A stretch of 64,000 bases of DNA from an uncultured Desulfarculus sp. (GTDB taxonomy: Bacteria; Desulfobacterota; Desulfarculia; Desulfarculales; Desulfarculaceae). Location of the stretch: positions 3,008,001-3,072,000 of the forward strand of contig CAXXUK010000001.1 of assembly GCA_963665125.2 (NCBI GenBank). The letters are read 5' to 3'. The notes under the pieces were generated by a model that saw nothing but the letters and a program-made list of their open reading frames with translations, searched no databases and was not told the origin of the DNA. Position numbers and translations under genes: made by a program. Positions within the stretch are counted from its first letter, which is position 1. The number at the start of each line of letters is the position of its first letter. This document shows positions 50,646 through 60,818 of the stretch, in pieces.

Positions 50646-51272
50646 ATGAAATCACCGAAGTATCTTTTACTCTTCTTGACCATGCTCGTGGGCCTGGCCC
50701 TGCCTGGAGTCGCCAATGCCACGAATCCCAATGGCTGGTGGACCTCCAGTTCGGGCTCCCAGGTGCACATCAAGTACATCGAGCAAAACGTATACATCAC
50801 ACTGAAGGCCACCAACGGCAAAACTTATAAATACAACGGTCGCTGGACCGTCTACGGCGCGACCTTCAGCTACAGCGTACCCGGCAGAGGGGTTTTCAAC
50901 GCCGCTTTTGCCAATGGCAACCCCGATGTGATTTATGTTCACGGGCCTGACGGAAAACGGACCACCTGGTACCGCGGCATTAAAAACACTAAATCCAACA
51001 ACCAACAGTCGCAAAAAGGCATTGCCGGAACGTGGCGTTCCTCAACCGGCACCACCATCCAATTGAGCGGCAAGCAAAAACAACTGTTCTTCAATTTCAT
51101 TACAGCGAAAGGGCAACGCTATCAGGGCGTGGGCCGCTGGCTTTCGGGCTATTCGTTCGACTATTCCATCGCGGGCTATGGCGGCGTTGCCAAATGCAAT
51201 GTCAATAAAAACAACTGGAACATAATCAACTGCGTATACAACGGCACGAAGAGCACGTGGAAACGGTATTAA
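50646..51272 (+). CDS. Secreted protein with two copies of a related beta domain
   Basis: Signal peptide (GLALPGVANA); G.W.SS.G...G.W...F.YS..G...TW.R twice. Confidence 0.8.
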   Translation: MKSPKYLLLFLTMLVGLALPGVANATNPNGWWTSSSGSQVHIKYIEQNVYITLKATNGKTYKYNGRWTVYGATFSYSVPGRGVFNAAFANGNPDVIYVHGPDGKRTTWYRGIKNTKSNNQQSQKGIAGTWRSSTGTTIQLSGKQKQLFFNFITAKGQRYQGVGRWLSGYSFDYSIAGYGGVAKCNVNKNNWNIINCVYNGTKSTWKRY

Positions 51273-52309
51273 GGAAGCGTTTTTGGGGCCGGAGCCGGTC
51301 CGGCATGATCGGGTGCGCGGCTTTGCTGTTGGTTTCATTGCTGATGGCCGCCCCGTCGCACGCTGATTTTAGTGCAGGTTACGATGCCTACCGCAAGGGC
51401 GACTATGCCGTTGCCTTCAAGGAATTCACCGCCGCCGCCAACGAGGGCGACCCCAAGGCCCAGTTCAATCTGGGCGCCATGTACGAATCCGGCCAGGGGG
51501 TTGCCCGGGACTACGAGCAGGCCCTGCATTGGTACGGCCTGGCGGCCGAGCGCAACCACCCCAAGGCCCAAAACAACATCGGCGACCTGTATCTCACCGG
51601 CCGGGGCGTGCCCAAGGATTACCAAAAGGCCCTGAGCTGGTTCCGCCTGGCGGCGGACCAAAACGACACCATGGCCCAATACAACATCGGCTATATGTAT
51701 TACCAGGGTCTGGGGGTCCCCCAAGACTTGGCCAAGGCCCGTAACTGGTTTGAAGAGGCGGCGGTGCAGGGGTTTTCAGAGGCCCAGATGAAGCTGGGTG
51801 TAATCTACATCCGGGGACTGGGCGTGGCCAAGGACTACCCGAAGGCCCGCCATTGGTTTGGGCTGGCTGCCCAGAAAGGCAACGGCGAGGCCCAGTTCAA
51901 CCTGGGACAAATGCATTGTTTCGGCCTGGGCATGCCGGTTGACTATAAAAAGGGCGCTCACTGGTTCGAGTTGGCGGCCGATAATGGGGTGGCCCAGGCC
52001 CAATACAACCTGGGGCTCTTGTATTTCCTGGGCCAGGGTGTGCAAAATAATCCTGAAACGGCCATGAAATGGCTCACACGGGCCGCCAATCAAGGCTATC
52101 TCAAGGCCCAGGGCGATCTTGGCCAGATATACAGCCGGGGTCAGGGGGTGCCAAGGGACCTGGTAAAGGGCTATGCGTGGCTGACTCTGGCCGCCCGGGG
52201 CGGCATGGCCGAGGCCGAGGCCTTTGGTCGAAAGGTGGCGGCCGTAATGACGCCGGAGCAGATCGCCCAGGCCCGAAAAATGGCCGATTCCTGGAAACCC
52301 GCGAACTAG
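51257..52309 (+). CDS. Sel1-repeat protein
   Basis: Multiple AQ.NLG.MY..G.GV..D...A..W...AA repeats; start may be 51305. Confidence 0.95.
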   Translation: METVLRKRFWGRSRSGMIGCAALLLVSLLMAAPSHADFSAGYDAYRKGDYAVAFKEFTAAANEGDPKAQFNLGAMYESGQGVARDYEQALHWYGLAAERNHPKAQNNIGDLYLTGRGVPKDYQKALSWFRLAADQNDTMAQYNIGYMYYQGLGVPQDLAKARNWFEEAAVQGFSEAQMKLGVIYIRGLGVAKDYPKARHWFGLAAQKGNGEAQFNLGQMHCFGLGMPVDYKKGAHWFELAADNGVAQAQYNLGLLYFLGQGVQNNPETAMKWLTRAANQGYLKAQGDLGQIYSRGQGVPRDLVKGYAWLTLAARGGMAEAEAFGRKVAAVMTPEQIAQARKMADSWKPAN

Positions 52310-52334
52310 CGGCCTGACCATAATAGGGGGTGTC

Positions 52335-52718
52335 ATGCGCAAAAGTGTCTTGATTTGTCTGGCCTCGGTGGTTTGCCTGATTATTTGTTGCGGCCTCTGC
52401 CGGACCGTCCAGGCCCAGAGCCACACGGTCGTCACCTGCACCCTGTCTTCCGAAGCGAACACCAACTTCATCCAAATTCCCGAAGGTTACAGTGCGATTG
52501 GCGCAATTGTGGCTGTTGTTTCGGCCGGGGATCAACCGGGCCTGCTCACCGTATTGATCGGCCGGAGTCTGGCCAATCTGCCTCTGGAGGGCGGTTCCCA
52601 AACCCAAATCGTCCTGGAGCACGAAAAGGGTGGTTTGCCTGTTTCGGCCATGACCGACAACGCATTTGCGGAGTATGAGGTCAACGTCGAAGTCGAGTGT
52701 GTGCGGACGACGAAGTAG
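52335..52718 (+). CDS. Small secreted hypothetical protein
   Basis: RBS, hydrophobic N-terminus, AQA cleavage site. Confidence 0.6.
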   Translation: MRKSVLICLASVVCLIICCGLCRTVQAQSHTVVTCTLSSEANTNFIQIPEGYSAIGAIVAVVSAGDQPGLLTVLIGRSLANLPLEGGSQTQIVLEHEKGGLPVSAMTDNAFAEYEVNVEVECVRTTK

Positions 52719-52891
52719 GGGCTGTCTTAGGTCCTTACATCGCCACATCATTTCTGATATAAAATGAATCATCGTTCATGGGCCTGGGAGGATGATGCGT
52801 CGCGTCATTATCTTTCGGTCCACCTTGTCCACCATGATCAAACATCATGAAATCATTATCGTATGGTTGGAGCCTCACTCGGGAGGAGGCC

Positions 52892-53749
52892 ATGGTTACT
52901 CGATCCGAAGTTTCGCATGGATCAACAGGACAGGACGGCGATGCCCAGACGGCGGTTGTCGTTCACAGCGCCGGATTGGCCTCGGGCGTATACGAGCCTT
53001 TATTCCGTTTGCTCGAACCCGGCTTAAACCCGGTAGGCCTTGATCTGCCGGGCCACGGCGTGGCCCCGGCGCCGTTTCCAGCCTCTGCGTTGAAAAGCTG
53101 GGACATTTTTTACGACAGTCTGGAACAATATCTAGAACGGCTGGGCCGCCCGGCGGTGATTATCGGCCATTCCATGGGCGGCACCGTGGGTTTGGTGGCC
53201 GCCGCCCGCAGGCCGGAGCTTGTCTCGGCCCTGGTGCTCATCGAACCCGGCGTAATGCCGCCGTGGTGGCGGCCCGGAGTATGGCTGGTGCAAAAGCTGG
53301 GTCTGTCCATGCGCGTGCCTTTCGTTACCAGGGCCGTGAATCGTAAAAGCGCCTGGCCCGGCATTGCCGAGGCCGCCGGGGATATCATCGGCAAAGGCCC
53401 TTTCAAGGCCTGGCAGAGCCGGTTCATGGACGCCTACCTGGCCCACGGCTTCCGCACAGGCCAATCAGGCGAGGCCCGGCTGATCTGCGACCCGCTGTGG
53501 GAGGGCCGCTGCCTGGCCATGGCCCCCACGGGCATCTGGCGTTTCGTGCCGAGGGTCAAGGCTCCGGCCCTGGTGCTCTACGGCTCCGAGTCCACGACGT
53601 TCCTGCCGTCGGTGGCCAAACGCTTCCGGGCCTGCCTGCCGGACGCCGACGTCAGGCGCATCGACTGCGGGCACTTCATCCCCATGGAAAAACCCGACGA
53701 ATGCGCCCGGGCCATCAGCGGATTTTTGGAAGAACGTGGGATGATTTGA
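52892..53749 (+). CDS. Alpha/beta hydrolase
   Basis: DLPGHG, GHSMGG, GHFIPME; GGAGG RBS. Confidence 0.9.
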   Translation: MVTRSEVSHGSTGQDGDAQTAVVVHSAGLASGVYEPLFRLLEPGLNPVGLDLPGHGVAPAPFPASALKSWDIFYDSLEQYLERLGRPAVIIGHSMGGTVGLVAAARRPELVSALVLIEPGVMPPWWRPGVWLVQKLGLSMRVPFVTRAVNRKSAWPGIAEAAGDIIGKGPFKAWQSRFMDAYLAHGFRTGQSGEARLICDPLWEGRCLAMAPTGIWRFVPRVKAPALVLYGSESTTFLPSVAKRFRACLPDADVRRIDCGHFIPMEKPDECARAISGFLEERGMI

Positions 53750-53784
53750 GGCGTTTGCCGTAACGGCCTGGTTTCTTACTCCAG

Positions 53785-53851
53785 CCAAGACCACGACCAC
53801 TTATCCATGCACCGGGTGCCGCCCGCGATATGGGAGCCCAAGCATTGCGCC
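53785..53851. repeat. Degenerate R2 repeat copy upstream of ruvB
   Basis: TGCCGCCCGCGATATGGGAGCCCAAGCATTG matches the 3' half of R2. Confidence 0.7.
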
Positions 53852-53915
53852 TTTTATGTTGAGGCGTTTGCTGTTAAAACAGGTGTAGCGTTGTTTCTCT
53901 TAAGCAGGGAGCCTC

Positions 53916-54950
53916 ATGGAAGACCCGCTGGGTATCAGATTGATCGACGGACAGGCCGCCGAGGAAGACCGCTCGCTGGACAGCCTGCGTCCAACCTCGC
54001 TGGAGGAGTTCATCGGCCAGGAAGAGGCCAAGGCCAACCTGCGCGTGTTCATCACGGCGGCCAGGCAGCGCGGCGAGGCCCTGGACCATGTGCTGCTGCA
54101 CGGTCATCCGGGTCTGGGCAAGACCACCCTGGCCCATATCATCGCCCGTGAGCTGGATGTGGGCATCACCGCCACCAGCGGACCGGTGCTGGAGCGGGCC
54201 GGAGACCTGGCGGCCATCCTGACCAACCTGGGCCCCCGCGACGTGCTGTTCGTGGACGAGATCCACCGCCTCAACCACGTGGTCGAGGAGGTGCTCTATC
54301 CTGCCATGGAAGACTTTCACCTGGACATCGTGGTGGGCCAGGGCCCCGGCGCCCGCACGGTGAAGCTCAATCTGGAGCCATTCACCCTGGTGGGGGCCAC
54401 AACCAGGGCCGGACTGCTGACTCCGCCCCTGCGGGACCGTTTCGGCGTGCAGGTGCGGGTGGACATGTACAGCCCAGAAGATTTAGCGCTGATCGTCACC
54501 CGCAGCGCCAAATTGTTGCGGCTTGAACTGACCGAGGATGGGGCCATTGAGGTCGCCCGCCGCAGCCGGGCCACGCCCAGGGTGGCCAATCGGCTCTTGA
54601 AACGGGTGCGCGACTTTGCCCAGGTCGAGGCCAACGGCAAGGCCGACCGCGAACTGTGCGACTATGCCCTGATGCGCCTGGGCGTGGATCAAAACGGCCT
54701 GGACAGGCTGGACCGCGACATCCTCTCGACCATTGTAAACAAGTTCGACGGCGGGCCGGTGGGGCTGTCCAACCTGGCGGCATCGGTGAGCGAAGAGGCC
54801 CAGACCATCGAGGAAGTCTACGAGCCCTACCTGATCCAGCAGGGTTTCATCAAGCGGACCAAGGCCGGGCGGGTGGCCACCAGCCGGGCCTATGAGCTGC
54901 TGGGCGCGGCGGCGGCCAAACCGGGCGGCCTGCCCCTTTTTACAAAATAG
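53916..54950 (+). CDS. ruvB: Holliday junction DNA helicase
   Basis: LRP..L.EFIGQ, PGLGKTT, DEIHRL, GATTR, EPYL. Confidence 0.98.
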   Translation: MEDPLGIRLIDGQAAEEDRSLDSLRPTSLEEFIGQEEAKANLRVFITAARQRGEALDHVLLHGHPGLGKTTLAHIIARELDVGITATSGPVLERAGDLAAILTNLGPRDVLFVDEIHRLNHVVEEVLYPAMEDFHLDIVVGQGPGARTVKLNLEPFTLVGATTRAGLLTPPLRDRFGVQVRVDMYSPEDLALIVTRSAKLLRLELTEDGAIEVARRSRATPRVANRLLKRVRDFAQVEANGKADRELCDYALMRLGVDQNGLDRLDRDILSTIVNKFDGGPVGLSNLAASVSEEAQTIEEVYEPYLIQQGFIKRTKAGRVATSRAYELLGAAAAKPGGLPLFTK

Positions 54951-55004
54951 AAAACCGGGCGGCGCGGGCCACCCGGAATTGATCTGGCATATAAATCCGG
55001 CGGG

Positions 55005-55757
55005 CTATTCCACCACGTGCACTCCCGGCTCCAGCAGGTCCATGCCCGACTCGGCCAGGATGTTGTCGCCGGGGATCACCCTTATGGTTTCACCCTTGCT
55101 CCTTACCACTTCGCCGAAATCATAGACCCGCACGGTCCGTGGGCCATAGCAGCGGGATTCGCCCCAGGCTCCGGCCGAGGTCAGCGAGCGCAGACCCAGG
55201 CCCCGCACCAGGCGGGCGGCGTTGGCAGGGTCGGACCAGGCATAACTGAAGGCCACGGGATACTCGAAGTCCTTGACCTTGTGCACCACCACCGACACCG
55301 GCTCGGCAAAGGGCCTGTTCTGCAAGCCGTGCATCCACTTGAAGATAATGGGCTTGCCCACGTATTTTTCTTCCTTGTCGATATATACGGCCCAGATCTC
55401 GGTCATCTGGCGCACTTCAAAGGTCTTGGGCGGCGGTCCCAGCTCCAACTCCTCCAGGAGCACCGCGGGAGACCATTTCTTGCCGGTGCGCTTTTCGTAA
55501 TTGGCCTTTTGGGTCTCTGTCACCGGGAACAACAGCAGCGGCGCATCGGGATTTTGCATGCCCTGGCGAACCTGGCGGTGGGCCATGTCGATCTCGCCGT
55601 CGGGCAGGGACTGGTCCAGGGCGTCAACGGCCTGCCGCAGTTGCTCGGCGATTTCCTGGCTGTCCGACGCGCCGCCCGAGCCCTGGTTTTCGCAGCCCAT
55701 CAGGGCCAGTAAAAGGACCAGAAAAACAAAAGCCGTATATCGCGCCACTTTGGTCAT
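55005..55757 (-). CDS. Hypothetical lipoprotein
   Basis: Lipobox LMGC after a hydrophobic signal. Confidence 0.7.
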   Translation of the reverse strand: MTKVARYTAFVFLVLLLALMGCENQGSGGASDSQEIAEQLRQAVDALDQSLPDGEIDMAHRQVRQGMQNPDAPLLLFPVTETQKANYEKRTGKKWSPAVLLEELELGPPPKTFEVRQMTEIWAVYIDKEEKYVGKPIIFKWMHGLQNRPFAEPVSVVVHKVKDFEYPVAFSYAWSDPANAARLVRGLGLRSLTSAGAWGESRCYGPRTVRVYDFGEVVRSKGETIRVIPGDNILAESGMDLLEPGVHVVE

Positions 55758-55956
55758 CGATTTTCCACAACCCGGAGAATTAAAGATTTTAAGTTAAAAG
55801 GGACGCAATGTTGCCGGATTTATACATGAAGACCCCATCCCCATTGCAAGCGCATCGCCCCCCGCCTACGTTATCTTTAATATATATCAAGCGATGGTCC
55901 AAAGCAAAAGCAACCAGCCGCTTGCCGCTGCCCAAACAAAACGTATAATGGAGTCT

Positions 55957-57264
55957 ATGACGCAGCAGGACCATGAAAATCAACTGAATAAAACCCTGGA
56001 CCGCTGGCCGCCCACGACGGTGACGGCGGTTTTATCATTGCAGTGGCTGGTGGTCCTGGTGCCGGGTCTGCTGGTGGTGGGCGATCTGGTGGCCATGGCC
56101 TGGGGTCTGGAGCCGGCCGGGCGCATAGCCTTTTTGCAGAGGCTGTTGGTGCTCATAGGCATGGTCCAGATGGCCCAGGTCCTTTTCGGCCACCGCATGC
56201 CCGGCCTGGCCGGTCCGTCGTCGGTGCTCTTGGTGGGCATCATCAGCACCGTGGGCAGCGGCCCGGCATCGGTGTACGGGGCCATGGCCATCGGCGGCGT
56301 GCTCATGGCCCTGCTGGGCTTCACGGGCCTGGCCGCCCGCCTGGGCAAGCTCTACACCCCGCCGGTGCTGGCCTCCACCCTGATGCTTATCGCCGTGAAC
56401 CTGGTCCCGGCCATGCAGAACATGATATTCGTCAAAACCGCCGTGGGCCAAAGCTGGGCCGCGCCGTTTTTGTTCACCATGGTCCTGTCCGGGCTGATCC
56501 TGTGGTCCCAACTCAGGTTGAAAGGCCTGTTGGGCGCGTCGATGATCGTGGTGGGCATGCTGGTTGGGTCCGTGGTCTATTACGCCATCGGCATGGGGCC
56601 CTTCCCAGGCTGGCACGGCACCGGGGCCGTTGGGTTCAGCCTTCTGCCCGACCATGGCCTGAGCTTCGAACCGCCGGTGGTGGCCGCTTTCCTGATCTGC
56701 TATCTGGCCCTGATCTCCAATGAACTGGGCACCCTGGAATCTCTGGGCCACATCCTGGAACTCGATGACCTGGAAAAGCGGGTCAACCGCTCGGTGAGCG
56801 TGGGCGGGCTCAGTTGCGTGGCAGCCGCATTCGGCGGAACCCTGGGCCCGGTGACCTATGCCGTCAGCCCCGGCGTAGTCCTGGCCACCCATAACGCCAG
56901 CCGCTGGACCCTGCTTCCGGCGGCCGTGGCCACGGTGCTGCTGGGCCTGTGGCCCACGGGCATGGAGCTTTTTCAACTGGTGCCCCAACCGGTGGGCGGG
57001 GCCATCGTCTTTTGCCTGATGTCTTATACGGCCTTTGCCTCGCTGTCGGTGTTGCAGACCAGGGGCCAGGGCCTCAACCGCCGCTCGGGCCTGGTCCTGG
57101 GCGCGGCCACGATCTGCGGCGTGATCATCACCTTCATGCCGCCAGAGGCCAAAATGGCTCTGAACCCCTACCTGCGTCCCGTGCTGGGCAACGGTTTCGT
57201 CACCGGGCTGGTCTTGGCCCTGATCCTGGAACACACCCTGCCACAACTGCGTTTTGATGAGTAA
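55957..57264 (+). CDS. NCS2-family (uracil/xanthine-type) permease
   Basis: SLQW, Q..FGHRMP..GPS, many TM segments, L.NG. Confidence 0.85.
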   Translation: MTQQDHENQLNKTLDRWPPTTVTAVLSLQWLVVLVPGLLVVGDLVAMAWGLEPAGRIAFLQRLLVLIGMVQMAQVLFGHRMPGLAGPSSVLLVGIISTVGSGPASVYGAMAIGGVLMALLGFTGLAARLGKLYTPPVLASTLMLIAVNLVPAMQNMIFVKTAVGQSWAAPFLFTMVLSGLILWSQLRLKGLLGASMIVVGMLVGSVVYYAIGMGPFPGWHGTGAVGFSLLPDHGLSFEPPVVAAFLICYLALISNELGTLESLGHILELDDLEKRVNRSVSVGGLSCVAAAFGGTLGPVTYAVSPGVVLATHNASRWTLLPAAVATVLLGLWPTGMELFQLVPQPVGGAIVFCLMSYTAFASLSVLQTRGQGLNRRSGLVLGAATICGVIITFMPPEAKMALNPYLRPVLGNGFVTGLVLALILEHTLPQLRFDE

Positions 57265-57328
57265 CACGCTGATTATTTTAAGCTATTCATGAAAATCAAC
57301 CCGCCCGCAAAAAATCACTAAAACCCGG

Positions 57329-57367
57329 TTGACAGCCTCTATCTGATATGTGATATATCAGATATCA
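57329..57367 (+). promoter_or_regulatory. Promoter with palindromic operator (probable GntR site)
   Basis: TTGACA at 57329; ATCTGATAT-gtgat-ATATCAGAT palindrome at 57341-57363. Confidence 0.65.
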
Positions 57368-57505
57368 ATTTGACGATAAAGCCGCTGGCGGGCGGCGCGA
57401 TTGGCCCGATAGAATTAAAATAGACCGGAGACCAGAGGGAAAATCGCGTCGCCCAAGCGCATTTTTGGGTAATATGCGCGGCTATTGCCGTGGCGGAGGC
57501 AAACC

Positions 57506-58894
57506 ATGGATCCTATTGAGCAGCATCTCAGCTATGACCCTGATGAAATGGTGGCTTTGGACCGTAAATATCTCTGGCACCATCTCATGCCCCATAAGGT
57601 ATTCGAGACCGTCGAGCCCATGATCGTGGTGGAGGGCGACGGCCTGATGATCAAGGACGCCCGCGGGCGGGAATTCCTGGACTGCGTCAGCGGCGCGGTC
57701 TGGTGCGTAAACGTGGGCTACGGCCGCGAATCCATCGCCAGGGCCGTTTACGAACAACTCAGGGTAATGCCCTACTATGCCGGTACGGCGGGCAACATCC
57801 CGGCCATCAAGTTCGCGGCCAAGCTGGCCGAGTTCCTGCCCCGGCTGGACAAGGTCTTCTACTCCAACAGCGGCTCGGAGGCCAATGAAAAGGCCTTCAA
57901 GATGGTGCGCCAGTATTGGCGGCTCCAGGGCAAGGACCGCTACAAGATTCTGTTCCGCAACCGCGACTACCACGGCACCACCATCGCCGCCCTCAGCGCC
58001 ACGGGCCAGGCCGAGCGCAAGGCCGAGTACGGACCGTTCGTGCCCGGTTTCGTGGAGTTTCCTCACTGCATGTGCTACCGCTGCGCCTTTGGCCAGAGCT
58101 ATCCCGGCTGCAACCTCGAATGCGCCAAGTCGCTGGAAAAGGTGATTCTGGATGAAGGTCCGGATACGGTGGGCGCCATCATCATCGAGCCCATCACCGC
58201 CGGCGGCGGCATCATCGTGCCGGTGCCCGAGTATTATCCGGCCCTTCAGGAGATCTGCCGCAAGTACGGCGTGCTGATGATCATGGACGAGGTGGTCTGC
58301 GGATTCGGCCGCACGGGCAACATGTTCGGCCACCTGCACTACGACGTGGACCCGGACATCGTTACCATGGCCAAGGGCACTGCCAGTTCCTACATGCCCC
58401 TGAGCGTGACCATGGCCAAGGGCGAGCTGTTCGAGCGGTTCCTTAACGACCCGTCGGAGAAGCTGGCCTATTTCCGCGATATCAGCACCTATGGCGGCTG
58501 CGCCGGTTCATGCATCGCCGCCCTGGAATCGACCCGCATCATCGAGGAGGAAAAGCTCTGCGAAAACAGCCAAACCATGGGCGCGCGGCTGCTTGACGGC
58601 CTTAACTCGCTGCTGGGACTGCCCCAGGTTGGCGATGTCCGCGCCAAGGGCCTGTTCGCCGGCGTGGAGCTGGTCAAGGACAAGAAGACCAAGCAGCCGG
58701 TGGAAGAGTCCTACCTGGCCAAGGTGGCGGCCGACATCGCCGGACAAGGCGTGCTGGTGGGCAAGGCCAACCGCAGCAATCCGGGCCTGAACAACATAAT
58801 CACTTTCGCTCCGGCCCTGGTGGCCACCGAGCAGCAGATAGACCGCATGGTGGGCGCGCTCCAGACAGCCCTCGTTCGCAACACAGATTTTTAG
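57506..58894 (+). CDS. tpa: Class III aminotransferase, taurine:pyruvate aminotransferase-like
   Basis: WHHL..HK, SG.VW.VNVGYGR, SGSEANEKAF, RDYHGTT, TMAKG, YFRDIST.GG resemble Bilophila Tpa (from memory); adjacent to ald. Confidence 0.8.
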   Translation: MDPIEQHLSYDPDEMVALDRKYLWHHLMPHKVFETVEPMIVVEGDGLMIKDARGREFLDCVSGAVWCVNVGYGRESIARAVYEQLRVMPYYAGTAGNIPAIKFAAKLAEFLPRLDKVFYSNSGSEANEKAFKMVRQYWRLQGKDRYKILFRNRDYHGTTIAALSATGQAERKAEYGPFVPGFVEFPHCMCYRCAFGQSYPGCNLECAKSLEKVILDEGPDTVGAIIIEPITAGGGIIVPVPEYYPALQEICRKYGVLMIMDEVVCGFGRTGNMFGHLHYDVDPDIVTMAKGTASSYMPLSVTMAKGELFERFLNDPSEKLAYFRDISTYGGCAGSCIAALESTRIIEEEKLCENSQTMGARLLDGLNSLLGLPQVGDVRAKGLFAGVELVKDKKTKQPVEESYLAKVAADIAGQGVLVGKANRSNPGLNNIITFAPALVATEQQIDRMVGALQTALVRNTDF

Positions 58895-58915
58895 CATTCC
58901 CGGAGGTTATGGGAA

Positions 58916-60028
58916 ATGATTGTAGGCATCCTCAAGGAAATCAAGGCTGAAGAAAACCGCGTATCCATGACTCCGGCGGGCGTGGAGCTGATGAAACACC
59001 ACGGCCATGATGTATTGGTCGAAAAAAACGCCGGACAGGGCAGCGGCTACACTGACCAGGCCTATATCAACGCCGGGGCCAAAATCATCGACAGCGCCGC
59101 CGAGATATTCGCCACGGCCGAGATGGTCATGCATGTCAAGGAGCCTTTGGCCCCCGAATACGACCTGATCCGGGAGGGCCAGATCGTCTTCACCTACCTG
59201 CACCTGGCCGCGGATGAGACCCAGACCCAGGCCCTGATCAAATCCAAGTCCGTATGCATCGCCTATGAGACGATCCAGACCGACGACGGCACCCTGCCCC
59301 TTTTGACCCCCATGAGCGAGGTGGCCGGGCGCATGGCCATCCAGCAGGGCGCCAAATACCTGGAAATGGCCCAGGGCGGCCGGGGCATCCTGCTGGGCGG
59401 CGTTCCGGGCGTTGACCCGGGCACGGTGCTGGTCATCGGCGGCGGCTGCGTGGGCATCAACGCGGCCAAGATGGCCTGCGGCCTGGGGGCCAAGGTCTAC
59501 CTGCTGGACCGCAACCTGGACCGGCTGCGCTACCTGGCCGACGTGATGCCCGCCAACTGCTTCACCCTGTTCAGCACCCCGGCGGTTATCCGCAAGCTGG
59601 CCGCCGAGGCCGACGTCATCGTGGGCGCGGTGCTGATCCCCGGCGCCAAGGCCCCCAAGCTGATCACCAAGGACATGCTAAAAACCATGAAGCCCGGCAC
59701 GGTGATGGTCGACGTGGCCATCGACCAGGGCGGCTGCTTCGAGACAAGCAAGGCCACCACCCACAGCGAGCCCACTTACATAATCGACGGCGTGGTGCAC
59801 TACTGTGTGGCCAACATGCCCGGCGGCGTGGCCAAGACCAGCACCCAGGCCCTGACCAACGCAACACTGCCCTACGCCCTGCAGATCGCCGACAAGGGCT
59901 GGAAGCGGGCCATGGCCGAAAACCGCGAAATCGCCCTGGGGGCCAACGTCATCGGCGGCAAAATCACCTACGAAGGCGTGGCCGAGGCCTTTGGTCTGGA
60001 GTACACCCCCATAGACCAGTTGCTATAG
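58916..60028 (+). CDS. ald: Alanine dehydrogenase
   Basis: [38 protein letters not shown]. Confidence 0.97.
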   Translation: MIVGILKEIKAEENRVSMTPAGVELMKHHGHDVLVEKNAGQGSGYTDQAYINAGAKIIDSAAEIFATAEMVMHVKEPLAPEYDLIREGQIVFTYLHLAADETQTQALIKSKSVCIAYETIQTDDGTLPLLTPMSEVAGRMAIQQGAKYLEMAQGGRGILLGGVPGVDPGTVLVIGGGCVGINAAKMACGLGAKVYLLDRNLDRLRYLADVMPANCFTLFSTPAVIRKLAAEADVIVGAVLIPGAKAPKLITKDMLKTMKPGTVMVDVAIDQGGCFETSKATTHSEPTYIIDGVVHYCVANMPGGVAKTSTQALTNATLPYALQIADKGWKRAMAENREIALGANVIGGKITYEGVAEAFGLEYTPIDQLL

Positions 60029-60061
60029 ACTATTCATGGCGGTATGGTTGTGATAGGTTTC

Positions 60062-60098
60062 ATGCTCGCGGCCGGTTGATGGCGGCCGCGAGCATTTT
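60062..60098 (+). terminator. Terminator-like hairpin after ald
   Basis: ATGCTCGCGGCCG...CGGCCGCGAGCAT followed by TTT. Confidence 0.65.
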
Positions 60099-60105
60099 CC
60101 AAAAC

Positions 60106-60813
60106 ATGGATAGCCTGATGCTTAAAACGTTTTCCCTGCGCGAACAAGTTTATAATTATCTGCGGGAGCAAATGGCCAAAGGCGAGTTGCTGCCCGGCGC
60201 GGATATCAATATGAACAAGCTCAGCGCCATCCTGGGCGTCAGCAAGACTCCGCTACGTGATGCGCTGATCCAGATGGAATGCGAGGGACTGGTTGAGATC
60301 CTACCCCGCCGGGGCATCCGGGTGACCACCACGGACCTGGAAGACGTGCGGCACGCCTACGACGCCATCGGGGCCTTGGAAGGCTCCATCATAGCCAGCG
60401 TATTCGACCGCCTGGAAGACAAGCATATCCAGCGGCTGGAAGAACTGAACCAGCGGATGATCGACGAAGTCCGGGCCGACAATTTTGACCGCTATTTCCT
60501 GGACAACCTGGCCTTCCACCAGGTCTACCTGGACCTTTCGGGCAACGAGATGGTCAAACGCTTTGTCAAGCCCATCAAGGAACGGCTCTACGACTTTCCC
60601 CGCCGCATCTATCTGCCCGAGTGGGAGCGCCGCAACTGCGCCGAGCACCAGCGGTTCATCGACTGCGTCAAGGCCGGAGACAAAGACGGCGCGGTGACGA
60701 CCATGCGCGACGTGCACTGGTCGTATGAAGTGCAGGAGCCGTACATCAGGCGCTTTTACGCGGCCCGCAACGAAGAGATCGCCGCCTGCTTTGAAGAGGC
60801 CGCCCAGAGCTGA
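60106..60813 (+). CDS. GntR-family (FCD) regulator
   Basis: LREQVY..LR, LGVSKTPLRDAL, FH, EH. Confidence 0.92.
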   Translation: MDSLMLKTFSLREQVYNYLREQMAKGELLPGADINMNKLSAILGVSKTPLRDALIQMECEGLVEILPRRGIRVTTTDLEDVRHAYDAIGALEGSIIASVFDRLEDKHIQRLEELNQRMIDEVRADNFDRYFLDNLAFHQVYLDLSGNEMVKRFVKPIKERLYDFPRRIYLPEWERRNCAEHQRFIDCVKAGDKDGAVTTMRDVHWSYEVQEPYIRRFYAARNEEIAACFEEAAQS

Positions 60814-60818
60814 TCCGC

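Noticed and set aside
49702..53915. Integron cassette array or prophage remnant
   Set aside because: No integrase, no repeated attC-like sites and no phage genes seen
57420..57445. Glycine riboswitch (GGAGA...CAGAGGGAA)
   Set aside because: The CCGAAG and CTCAGG core elements are absent
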